Assembly: GCA_030141605.1 (NCBI GenBank) | Contig: JAQGDQ010000242.1 | Coordinates: 124,001 to 188,000 of the forward strand | Direction of reading: 5' to 3' | DNA from: Tubiluchus corallicola | Taxonomy: Eukaryota; Animalia; Priapulida | DNA: 64,000 nt | Shown here: piece after piece, positions 23,351-36,207 of the stretch | Numbering within the stretch: position 1 is the stretch's first letter | Layout: each line of letters opens with the position of its first letter | Translations under genes and position numbers: made by a program | Notes under the pieces: model-generated | Told to the model about the DNA's origin: nothing | Databases searched by the model: none | The model's input: only the letters and a program-made list of their open reading frames with translations

Positions 23351-26300
23351 CTAGAACAAAAGCATGTAGGATTATACGTTAAACTTACACGAAATGTTAA
23401 GTACTCAAATTTTTTTGCTATTAGCGATTTGTGAGCAGTAAACAGAAGTATAGAGTATCTTACACAAAAGTATAATGTAAGCAATAACACTGCACTGAAA
23501 CTGACTTCATACAGTGGAAGTATTCTGGAAACAGCATACCAGACTAACACTGAAAAAATGCTAGGAGTAAAATGATACACTATCAACGTGCCTACAAAGC
23601 TATATTTTTTAGAAAAAATTGTTACAGACACGTTTCTTGAGATTTATCCAAGTAACTTCATAAGACCGGAACATTTATACTGCTTTGCAAACATACTTAT
23701 ATAAAGCATTAGCAATAGTTTTTTATGTACGTAACTTTAGTGCAAAGCCTTTCATCAAAACATAGTTTAAATGTTAGTCGAGGTAGGCTCATAGTCATCA
23801 CAAAAATTTACACTAAACTACAATGTGGAATTACATATGTAATCACGGAGAATATAATAAGAATTAATACATAAGGAGCTATGTAAGGTAACCATCGCTT
23901 AGAAAGAATGAAGTGTTCCATAATGAATAAATAGCCCATGAATAAATGAATAAAGAATAAATGTCCCATAATGAAGTACATGCTGGCATTCAATAGAGCG
24001 AAGACAAGAAAGTCCAAAATTCAGAGTACTTTTGCTCTTGCAAAATATTGCGAGCTGCCGAAATTAACACCTGTATGTTTACCTTAATTACCGAATATAC
24101 TCGCATATAAGCCTACATCGCATATAAGCCGACCCCCTAAAACTGCTTTAAAATGGCCAGTTTTTGCAAAAACCCGTATATAAGCCGACCATCAACTTGT
24201 CTAATTTTACTCCATACCCAATCAACAAAATTGATCCCTTTTTGTCACATATATTTATACATTTTTAATATTTTTTATCTAATGAATACAAAAGGCAGAC
24301 ATTTATTGAAATGTGAATTTTTTCTAAAAAAAAAGTGGGTGGACGGCGATCCCCCACAATCCCCCTCCAATACACCACTGGTGACACACAACCAAATAAA
24401 GAGTCAGATAGCGATGAAAATGTGTGGCTGGAAAATTGGCATTAGTGTCTGTCCTTGTGTTCATTTTGTTTCATGCGCATATAAGCCGACCCCCTGATTT
24501 CAGTATTGTGTTTTATAGTTCTAAATTCGGCTTATATGCGAGTATATACGGTACATATATACAAGCTGGCTGGCAAAAGATATTAGTCAAGTTGTTTGTA
24601 CAAAAAGACATTGGCTCACCAAGGAAATTTAGAGAAGTTGGTTGAAGACAGTTTAAGCACAAGAAAACACTCTTCATAATTAAAGCTTGACAATTTTGTC
24701 GAAGTTTTACATCACTTACATGCTGTCTTATTGTACACATAGATTGCGTTAGTGGTAATGCCGTAAAAAAACTTGTAAATTTAAACTCACATGATGACCG
24801 TCAGGTACAGGTATTTAAAGGTATGTAGTTTGAAATACGTTTAGATAACATGGTGTAAAGTTTAAAAAATAAACAAAGCATTCATACCATACTCTTCACT
24901 AGCTAAGCAAAAGTTAAAATTATTTCATATTATCAGATCAATAAGACGAATAATGTGTTTTCTGGTGAGCCAGTGGTGCACACTGGGACGGTGATGCAGT
25001 GCTGCTTTACCAGGTGGCAGGAATACTTTAAAATTATTAAGAATTTTTTTCTCCGTTTACATAAGTCTTTCAGACAGATGAATACTTTGAAATTCCCTTT
25101 TCTTCCCCTTTAAGTAATATAACATTAGTGTTATGCACAACACAAATCATTACACTATTAATAATACTATTAAATTTTATTTCACCAAACAAGAGCTTCT
25201 CTCATTACTACAAAGGTAAACACACAGTGTATCAGTCTTACTGTACAAAATACAGTACATGTGTATCAGTCTTAGTGTATGTAAAATAACATTATTACAA
25301 TGTCTAATATGGAACTGAGGAACTATGCAAGTGACAACATTCACGCTGTTGCATACAGTAGGTTGTCAAGCGCACTTCATGATGAATATTACTTTGTTAT
25401 TTTCTGATGCACAGAACAACATCAGGAAATTCTCTACATGATTTGCACTAGGGATTTCAACCTCGAGGCAGAGTGAACAGAGCTAAAAAATGTTAAGTAA
25501 TGTCATGACTAGTATTGAGTGGCTCATCATAGACTGCCTGAGTTCTGTACTCACTCTGGACAGTTTAATTTGCCGTACTGATTTTGGCTGTTTACGCCAC
25601 CGAGGGAGGACGTATATATGTTAAAAAGTCTATAAGCTGCCTCTGCTAGTTCAGTGGCTCATCTTAGAGAGTTAGCCTTTGTAATGAGCTAGATTTCGCT
25701 CACCAACCTTCAATAATCCCTGCTGTGGAATGGTGTACTTTTGCTTGAAGTGTGCCAAACTGTATTAAAACAATGACGACACATAATAAAGATGCTGTGG
25801 ATACAGCAAAAATAAACGCTAAAAAATTCCCTCTCTCAGTCAAGATTTGTACTAGAATTTGAACTTAAAACATGGCAGACTACTAACTGAGCTATCACAG
25901 CACTAGTCCTTATGAGAAATCTTATAAATACCCGTACCCTTTATTCCCGTACGAGCTCGTGCTTTAGTTAGCTACTATAATTTTGAAATTCAAAAATCTA
26001 GCCTCATTAACGTGTTTCTAGATCACGTTGTTTTAGACAAACAAATACAGCATGAATAAGAAGTGGCTAAATGATGCAAACATTGACAAAAGATGAACAA
26101 CTTATGCACTCACGCATACTTTCACTTTCAAAATTCACTGCTGCCTACGGGCATTTTAACACTTTAATTAAAAAAAGTATTACGGTAACAAAATGCTTCA
26201 AACGTGGCTTAATTAATGTTATTTTTAGGTCACGACAAGTGGTTATGCAGAATAATTTTAAAGCGCACAAAAAACTGAAGCATGCGAAGTATTTACACAG

Positions 26301-29300
26301 AAGATGTGGTTCACGGGACAAAAGATCAATCTCACATAATTAAATCTTCAAATAACAAAGGCAGGGCAACATCTATAAGCAGTAAAAATTAATTATGTCA
26401 CTTAAACATATTGTACATGTTATATAGGTAGTCGTAGACTTGCGACCACAATAGGTTCCAGGGAATTGATCATAATGCAACCTGGACGCAAAGCGGACCT
26501 GTACATTCAGGTACAAAGATGATGTAGGTTGTATGTGCACGGCTGCATGTGCACTAAGTATGGCAGTGCCTACGAAAAATTTCTTGCAAGAGACAGTGTT
26601 TTAAGATTAACTTGCTTAAAAAAGAAGGAGATGAGTTATTATTAGTTTTCTATAATTAATTAAGTAAGTATGTGGTTGGGTCATAACGTCGAACAGTCGT
26701 AAGTTGCATAGGTAACAAGGCAATGGTTTCCTATATCTGCATTGCCACAATTAGGAGAATTTTGGAAAAAAGACTATGAGAAAACATATATCATACTTGT
26801 ATTTGTTTATTGACTTACAGTATGTAAGCATGCTGGCACAAGTGTCTGCTAGGTTCTAGGTCCTAGATATATCGCTTTAAATACATTTACATGTTTCAGC
26901 TATTATCCGAGATTAGAGTTAACGATGCAGATAATGCAAAAATCTCACATGCTTACAGAATAGCAGTTGCCGATTAAAGATAATTTCAGATAAAAAACAC
27001 CAACGTGAGATAAACAAAGCATGAAGCAAACTGTAAACAATGCACGATAGCAGAAAACACAAGAAGCAAACGAACAACAACATTCACAGTCAGTCCACGA
27101 ACCTGCAAACAGATCAACTCTGCTTTTATTTCTCTCAAATCATCAGTAATCTGGCAGCGAGGCGGCAGTTCTAATAGACTAGTCATGCGAGGCGTCTGTA
27201 AATGTGAGACAGGCCAACTATCAACTACATGAAATTGCCTACCGTGTGCCATGCTACATTGTTAAGATTCACGGCGAGAGCATTCCAAATTAAGCTGGGT
27301 ATTAGTAAATGAGTTTCAACTAAACTACAAGTGTTTGTGTTAAATTTCAGACTGTTTGCAAGCATTTCTTGATGGTTCATTAAAATAGCTGCCACATTAC
27401 TAGAAAGGCTGGTATAAAATAAATGTTACACAAATCACATTTATAATATTTGCTCGTAGCTAATGGTTAAAAATCTCAACAACCTCTAGCTGCTATAAAT
27501 AAGACAGGTTTCTTGTAAAAACAAAATAATTAAAAATTAATACAACACCAAAAAAATATAAATGCAATGACAATAAAAAGAAAATTATGATTTAAAGGCA
27601 ACTGCCAAGCATGTGCCTAAATAGTACACGACATGTAAAACAGATGTCGCTACTAACAATGCTGCAGCACATGCACAAAGCAATTAAAAGAAATTAGTAC
27701 ATTGGACGAGACAACAGTGACAGCAAGTTTGTCATAATTTAAGTTTTCAGACACATTCAACTTACATGCTAATAACATTTGTTTGAAAACCTTTGGTCAT
27801 GCTCAACTTCAATTTTACTAGAGCTATTCTAATGAAAGAACAATTACTAAAAATATTTCCAAAAACAACGATGAATTGCACAGTAATATCATTGCAAAAC
27901 AATATTAATAAAAGTAACAACAAGCAAAAAATGGGACAGTGTAAAACAATGGTAATAAAAGTAACAACAAACAAAAAATGGGACAGTGCAAAACAATGGT
28001 AATAAAAGTAACAACAAACAAAAAAATAGGAGAGCGCAAAACAATGGTAATAAAAATAACAACAAACAAAAAACGGTACCAGAGACATGCAAAATAACAA
28101 CAAACTATTTCAAGTAATAGAATAGCCAACATCGCTCGTAACTTACTGCATTAGAAGGTCTGCCAACATTACGTAACCAGAGCATAAGACGAGGACAATG
28201 CACATGTATCACCTTTTTCAAGTTTCGCTTACCTGTTGGCGTTTAATCGCTCGTTCCACCTCTGGCACCTGTCCGACAGAAACTTTCTGCGTAATGAGCA
28301 TTTGCTCCAGTAGGTTGAGCCACTCATGCAGGTCTCTAATGTCCTTTTCCAAATCACTAATTTGGCTAGGGGCCTCCGACAGCAAGTATTCTTTTTCTGA
28401 AAATTGGATCATTTGAACGTCAGCATCAAGTTGTTTCAATAACAGTACCGAAGCTTTCATGTAACTGTGATATGTTTTATGGCTAGGACTGTCAGTCTAG
28501 GAAACCTTCATATGAGTATAAGATGTGTGCTTGCAAACCAAAACCCTCCATAAGTCAGCATAGTTAAACTATGTTATGATGCTTCAAAGTAAAATCCACC
28601 AAAAATTTGGTCAAGTGTCAATTTCTTGTTTTTTACAAATGCTAAATATATTGGACTTTTATATTCTAGCATCAAATTATCAGGAAAATGTTAAAAATTC
28701 TAATATCTAATTTTATTATCCTGTACCCACTTCACTGCCTAAAAACTAATATTACAATTGTAAAAAAAACCTTGTATTTTCAAACTTCGATAGTAGCTTG
28801 TTCAGTTTTGCATAGGGTTTTTCGGCTGCCAAGCCCAATCTTCATCAGGATTTAAACATCTACTGGATTTAAACATTACTTCGATATGTTCTTGCAAAGT
28901 CCATAGCAGCCAACATTTGCGGTAAGTGTTTTGTAGAAACATGACAAAAAACAATGGCTAACTTTAACAGCGATTTTTCCAGGATCATGTTTTTCAGTGT
29001 GTAGCGTGCACCTCAACTTCAACATGGATTATCTCAGCTTAGAAATAAGATTGAGTGAAAATGATCTTCAGGAAATGAAGATGCAGGATATGTGAATAAC
29101 TAGAAAAGCTTAATTACAGAATAAATGCAAAAAATCTTTAATGTGAAATGAACAGGGTTTGAGACATAGCTTCCGGCGTAGACAACTCATAACTAATGCT
29201 TAACCATAATGAAATTATATAGTAATATCATTTAAATTTGTTACTTAAAAGTTTCATTGCCTTTATTTGAATCCCAGCACTGAAAAACCAATTAATTTAT

Positions 29301-31991
29301 CAATATGACTAGATATATGATTAAAAAATTCATAGAATTTACTCCCTTTAACTAATTAAATTTAATGAAGTTCAATCCTAGAAAAATTCAGAGTAGATTC
29401 TTTACAAAAATAAAATTGTGATGACTAAGAGTAGTAGAATTCAATTCAAAGCGCTAAAAATGTAATATTGCAGTAACATGCATTACTCTTACCTTTCTGA
29501 ATAACATACTCGGTACTCGAGTCTGAAACCGGACGAAGTAGTGCTGCCATGTACAGCAATCTAGCCCAGTCAGCATTCAGTTTGTTCACCTTGTCTGGAA
29601 TATGATCGGGCATGGGTACTCGCACTTGTAGACTTTCCGTCTGCATGCTGTCGTGACAAGCGTTCACGTTATCCATGTTACGTTGTCTAGCTTTCAGAGC
29701 CTCTTTCATTGTCTAAACAAAATAATATCCGTTTAGAACAGTCTGTAGTCAAGGAGCTAGAGAACCTCTTTTTCGGGCCCGAATAAAAATCTTCAATTAG
29801 CAGGTAACAATGTACATGACATTCCTGGGAATAATAGCTGTGTTATGCTTTAAAACTGAATTTTTACTACTCCAACAGTTGAAAGTGCACACACAAAATT
29901 GCTTGCATAAATACACATTTTATGAATTATAGAAAGTAAGGACATAGCTTAGATTTATTAGAAAACATTAGATAGTTTCTTCACGCATTATTCTGTCGAT
30001 GAACAATTATGAGCCTGGATTTTAAGTATTTACTAAACTTATGGAACCACATTCTTGGGAAATTGCAAGTCCCAAATTTGTTTTCTTATTGTATTTTAAT
30101 TAGCTAATTTCAAATACTGAAAAAATTAAGACAGCTGAACACTTTAAGAACTATAATTACTCTAAGATGTTCAAATACTCTAAAGTGCCTAATAAAAAAA
30201 GTTTTGCTTAGTAATGCCATTGTATGAGACTACACCCATAAGTAGCAATTAGCATTTCACAGTTTTATTTTAACAAATAAGAATAGCACAATAAAAGAAG
30301 TCCACAAAGCAATTGATTATACAAAATTAATACCAATATTTCTTGTGAAAAATAATTATTTTTAATTCCACCAATTTTAGAACAGTGTCCCTGTTAAATA
30401 ACATGCATAAAATTTCGGAAAAAAAACAAAAAAAAATTCTTTGAAGTTACGTTATAAGATTACCTAACATGAGTTCACTACATTTTATTAGTCAATGATC
30501 GCAAAGTCCAAAACTTAGGAGAAATAAAAAATAATTTATATATTTAAACAGAGAAAGATAAAATATATTGTTATCTAAAGAGAAGCATACAGTATCACTT
30601 TTAAATAATACTACTCACTGCATGATCAATGATGAGAGAGTCACGATCTTCTCGGGGAATGGATGATTTCTCATAACTCTGCTGCGTCTCCAATATCTCC
30701 TGCTGGTTGCTCACCCACACAATCAGCTCCTCCAACTCCTCGAGAAACGTTCGACAAGCTAATAGCTTCTCCTCCAGTTGTTTTCTCTTTTTCGGCATTT
30801 GTATTGACACCTAGGAGTAATGAACAATGCAGGAAAGGATAATGTTAATATGTAACTAGCAAAGGCCCCGCAAAAAAATTTTGCGTATAAATACACTTAT
30901 AATCAAAAATACACGAACATCCTACATAGTCCTCCTTCATAACCCAAAGCCAGCAGCAGCTTTTACTGAATTAAAGTTATAAGTTTATAGGCAGAGTATA
31001 ATGGATGACGTCGCAACAATTGCTTTGCGTCAGCAGTTTTCCAAGCGAAAATTGCCAAGAATGGAACATCTAATTAACTCGTCGTCACTCTTCTTGGCAG
31101 ACGTGTCCTAAAATGTAGCCCACATCATGGTGTAGCCATGTTCTTCCTCTTTCCAAAGAGCCATATATCTCCTTCCAAGAGTCCCACTGAAAGCAGTTAG
31201 AACGTTTTTTCTACAGGCCGTTTGGCCAAAATTTCGATAAAAATTGGGAGTTGGAATTGAGCCAAGAATGGAACATCTAATTAACTCGTCGTCACTCTTC
31301 TTGGTAGACGTGTCCTAAAATGTAGCCCACATCATGGTGTAGCCATGTTCTTCCTCTTTCCAAAGAGCCATATATCTCCTTCCAAGAGTCCCACTGAAAG
31401 CAGTTAGAACGTTTTTTCTACAGGCCGTTTGGCCAAAATTTCGATAAAAATTGGGAGTTGGAATTGAGCCAAGAATGGAACATCTAATTAACTCGTCGTC
31501 ACTCTTCTTGGTAGACGTGTCCTAAAATATAGCCCACATCATGGTGTAGCCATGTTCTCCCTCTTTCCAAAGAGCCATATATCTCCTTCCAAGAGTCCCA
31601 CTGAATGCAGTTAGAACGTTTTTTCTACAGGCTGTTTGGCCAAAATTTAGATAAAAATTGGGAGTTGGGTTCGGGAAAGTGCCCGGCCCTCTAGCGAAAT
31701 CTAAATATGACTATAACACCCACCGCTGAACAGGCTATTCAATCATTACCAGCACCACTCACAGCCCATGCCGTATCTCTAGAAATAAAAGGTATAGGTT
31801 TTGCAAAAATGGACAAAAAATGGCTATTTTTGGAGGTTTTTCGGACACCGTTCCTCCCGGTGGGCCCAATTCGAAAAATAAACCCCCAGGTGCGAACCAG
31901 TGGGTGGAGACCTTTCATATGACATATAGATCGTCGAAAATGGTGCCGTCTTCGCAGTTGTAGCCTCGTCTGTTTTATATATGTATATCCA

Positions 31992-32024
<33 letters not shown>

Positions 32025-35000
32025 GAGCGAAATTAATATATACGATGCTTCCGTATACTTCTACAAATTAAACTAAACAGCCTTAATTAGTTGACATTAT
32101 CCTGCCTGCAGTTGCCTAAAGAGAAAATTCACAAAAAAAAAACAGTTTTACAAATTAGATTCTAAACAATGTAGAACTATCAAAACTAACAAACAGAAAA
32201 GACCTATCATAGTTAAAAGCAAAAGTGCAAATGGTTATGGACCATCAAAGATACAGGAGAAATTCACTACCACAACGCAAATTTTTTAGCACTTTCACAA
32301 ACTTTTTCCAAAACTTCTAAATATAAACCTCTACTAAAACCCACAAATAGGATAAATATAATTATAATCAATAATGCACAAACATCCTACATAGTACCTG
32401 TTTACTATTTTTTGATCAATTAACGATGATAATAGGCTGACAAACAATAGCAGATATAGGGCATTTACGCACTGAAGCCAGCTTAGCTAAGCAAAGATTA
32501 TACATGGAATGCAATGAATCACAACACATTATAGTTTCCAAATGAGTATACCCAGAAATGGAATGTAAAATTAACTCAGAGTCGTTCATCTGATGTAGGC
32601 GTTTATAAAAAAAGAACTAATCTATCTAGAACTAATTTATGTTGTTGGACTGGTTCTCTTGATTCCAAACAGCTATAAACTCCATCCAAGACACACAAAC
32701 GTTTTTTAAATACACGATGGTCAGTCAAGTTTCACATTTCTCTCCCGCGTTGCTCTAGAATGTCCTAAGCCATTCCAAAATTTGACTGGTTTTCCCTGAC
32801 TCATAGCCAATCCTCCACAAAGATTCGTAAAAATCGGTCAACTAGTTTGTGCATCGTCCTGTTCACGGACAAACAGACATACAAACAAACAGCGATGAAA
32901 ACATAAAGCCCTTGCTTGAAGGTAACAAAGGAACATGCATTTACAGCACGTCAAACCAAAGTCCCAAGTTGAATTTGGATAGTTGACCATAATGGCAACT
33001 GACAGTTTTCAATGTCCAGTTTTGCACACGGGGAATTTACTACCAATAGATTTGGCACCTGTGTCTTACTGAAAAAGTTATCAATAGACTTCACAAGCAC
33101 GTTTCACTTTAAATGAAACATTATCTAACTTACTTTTGCAAATCTGGAGTTACAGTTTTTCAGATCGCTGTCCAGTCGCTGTTTTTCCGGGTTTGTCAAT
33201 TTGCCTTCTCGAATGATCTGCCTCCCATGCCGTTCCAGACCCAAAAACCGTTCCTTTTGTTCCGGCAGACTCTCGTCTTTGTCCTGAAAATACCGATGAT
33301 TATATCAAACAAAGCCAAGAGGGGAAGCTTTAAACAAAAAACTTAAGAGACATGGCAGTAACGACAGAGTCTTTTGAACAGCTTCTGGTGACTTAATAAA
33401 AACTTGCTTCATTTTCGCTGATTTCACACAAAATTTTGTGTCAATATAAAATAACAGTAAGCAAACACAGACAACTCAATTAATTATGAGTGCCCCGTAT
33501 ATAATTTGCTAATAAACAGATAATCAGTAATGTGCTAACCTTCTACAAGGTGTTTTTCTACTATCTTTTGTTCCTTTAACGAAAGACATATAAAGAATAT
33601 TTACTCACTGAAACAAGCTTACAAGCAAAGAACCGATAGGCTTAAAAACCATAGCGCACAAACATCCCACACAATGTTTGCTACTATTTTTCACCAAGGT
33701 AATAATTATTTTTATTTATAACAATATTGCGGTTGATTTCTCAACCCCAAATCCAAAATGGTAAACTAGGTTACAATTTTATGCAGAACAGATGATCAAT
33801 TTATTAATAATCTTCTGTTTAGGTGGTGAATATGTTACAGGCAAAATGTGAAATTGGGTGTCCTCATTTCTGCCTCATCTCTCTTAAGAGTGCCTCAAAG
33901 CTTAGCACGCATTGTCTTCACTTGACTACTTCCTTTATAAACGACTATAAGCAGTGAACTAACAGTTTGTGGCGTGTTGAGAAAAACAGTGTCGCACTGT
34001 GCTGTGGTCGGGACTGTTTCAATCACATAAATTAACCAGCTACTATTATAAAATTTAGCATCTAATCGTAAAATTTTATGAATCTAGCAATAATTTTCTG
34101 ATGAAATATACGAGTCATCAAAAAAAGCTAGATGACCTAGGTAAGCAGTATTTTTGTAAGAAATTTAATTTTTCAATCTTGCAGCTTCTTTTGAAATTTC
34201 TATGATTATGGCATCTTGCTCTGATGTTGAAAGAGTTGTGAAATAATTCATATCAGTGCTTATATGAGTGATTTTTCTTGTTGTTGACTTCCCAGCCATA
34301 AATTTGTCTCACAAAATTTAAATGGACTACTAACAGAAATGGTTGTAATTTCCTAATAGACAACTGATGTTAAAATAACTGTGTCGGGTAGTGAACATGT
34401 GAGTTTAAATGTTTTACACAATTTATTCATAACAAAGACTACCTGCAGATGGCGTAAAAAACTAAAACAAATTTTCAACCGTGTGTAAAAAATCACTCGT
34501 TTACACAGTGTTATTCGCAACAAAGACTACCTGCAGATGGCATAAAAACTAAAGCAAATTTTCAACCGTGTGAAAAATTTTCACTGGTTTACACAGTGTT
34601 ATTCAAAACAAAGACTACCCGCAGATGGCATAAAAAACTAAAGCAAATTTTCAACCGTGTGAAAACTTTTCACTGGTTTACACAGTGTTATTCGTAATAA
34701 AGACTACCTGCAGATGGCATAAAAAACTAAAGCAAATTTTCAACCGTGTGTAAAAAATCACTGCGAGAAGGAAATTTAACATAATTATTTATAACAAAAA
34801 CTGGCTAAAGTTTACAATTCCCCACACACAGGAAATTAGTTCGCGAATCAGATTAGGGTTAGGATTAGGGATTAGGGTTGGGGATTAGAGTTAGAGTTAG
34901 GCAAACTGAATCATCAATTATTACGAAAAATGGTACAAGACTTCAGTGTCTTTGCTGCCTGTTATGTCTGTTATACAATGGTTGGTATATAGCTCCTAGT

Positions 35001-36168
35001 AACATGATACTGGCAAAAAATACCTGGGCAAGAATAACTTGCACATAAATTAACATACCTTAACTCTATCAGAAAGGTTTTCCAGGCCGTCCTCATCTCC
35101 GGGAGAAACTTGGCTGAACAGCAGCGACTCGGTCTCATCGAGCCAGAACACCAAATCATTCAACTCGTTTTTTATGTCATCAATGTTGACTGGTTTGTCA
35201 TTTTCAAACCTGCAGACAAGCACACTCAAGTAAAAAAACATGATAATGTTTACACTCAGCATTTACAAAAGACACGATAATATTTACTTTCATACTTGAC
35301 AATTAACTTATTAACTGAGCACTTTTAAATTGCAACATGTTTAAATTTTCATTCAACTACGAAGAGTGAACCAAAGCCTATCTTGAAAACAAAGAGCACT
35401 GAGGGCTAAATAAGATAAGATGAGATAAGATGCAATTTATTCTGTCTTGTAGTAATCTTTTATTGCAATTTCATTTGGCTCAACAATAAAAAATATATTA
35501 ATATAAATAGTTGAACCTTCAATCTAAAGGTCTCTGGTTCAAATCCAGGCTCAGCCCAGATGTTTTCATGCTTTTTTCCTTTCAGTCCAATTTGGATTAA
35601 AACAACTAAGAATAGTACATTCAGTATAGTAACAATAATCTTACCAGTAAAGTCATAAATGAACAGTTAATTGATTTCTCACTCATCACTCCGGGCTTTA
35701 AATTAAAGAAATAATCTAATTAATTACTATCATTGTAGCGTGAGTAGATTAATCCATGGAAATGATGCATTACTTGATGATTAATAAGACTGAATTCAAG
35801 TCTGTAATGACAACAAGAAGATCTGCAATTTAAAGATCTAAGACACTGTACTAATAACTTAAAGTCATAGTTCAATCCAGGCTTATATTTCCTTTCATTT
35901 AATTTGGATAAAACGAATTACTATTATAGCAGGTTCATTATATCATTTCTAATTATATAATTATTCGTCTAACTATGATGTAATTACAGTGCACGTAAAG
36001 TTACCATAAGATAATGAGCATTTGTAGACTATGAGCGTTAACAAAGTAGGAGTGACAGCAAGAGAACAATTACAGAAATCATAAACTAGAAAGACAAACA
36101 GAAACAAGTTCAACTCACTAAAAGAACTTGCTTTACACACTACACACTACATATATGTATAATATATA

Positions 36169-36207
<39 letters not shown>

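Noticed and set aside
27762-28132. Hydrophobic Cys/Phe-rich ORFs
   Set aside because: They derive from the 47-bp A-rich tandem repeat, which is stop-poor on the T-rich strand.
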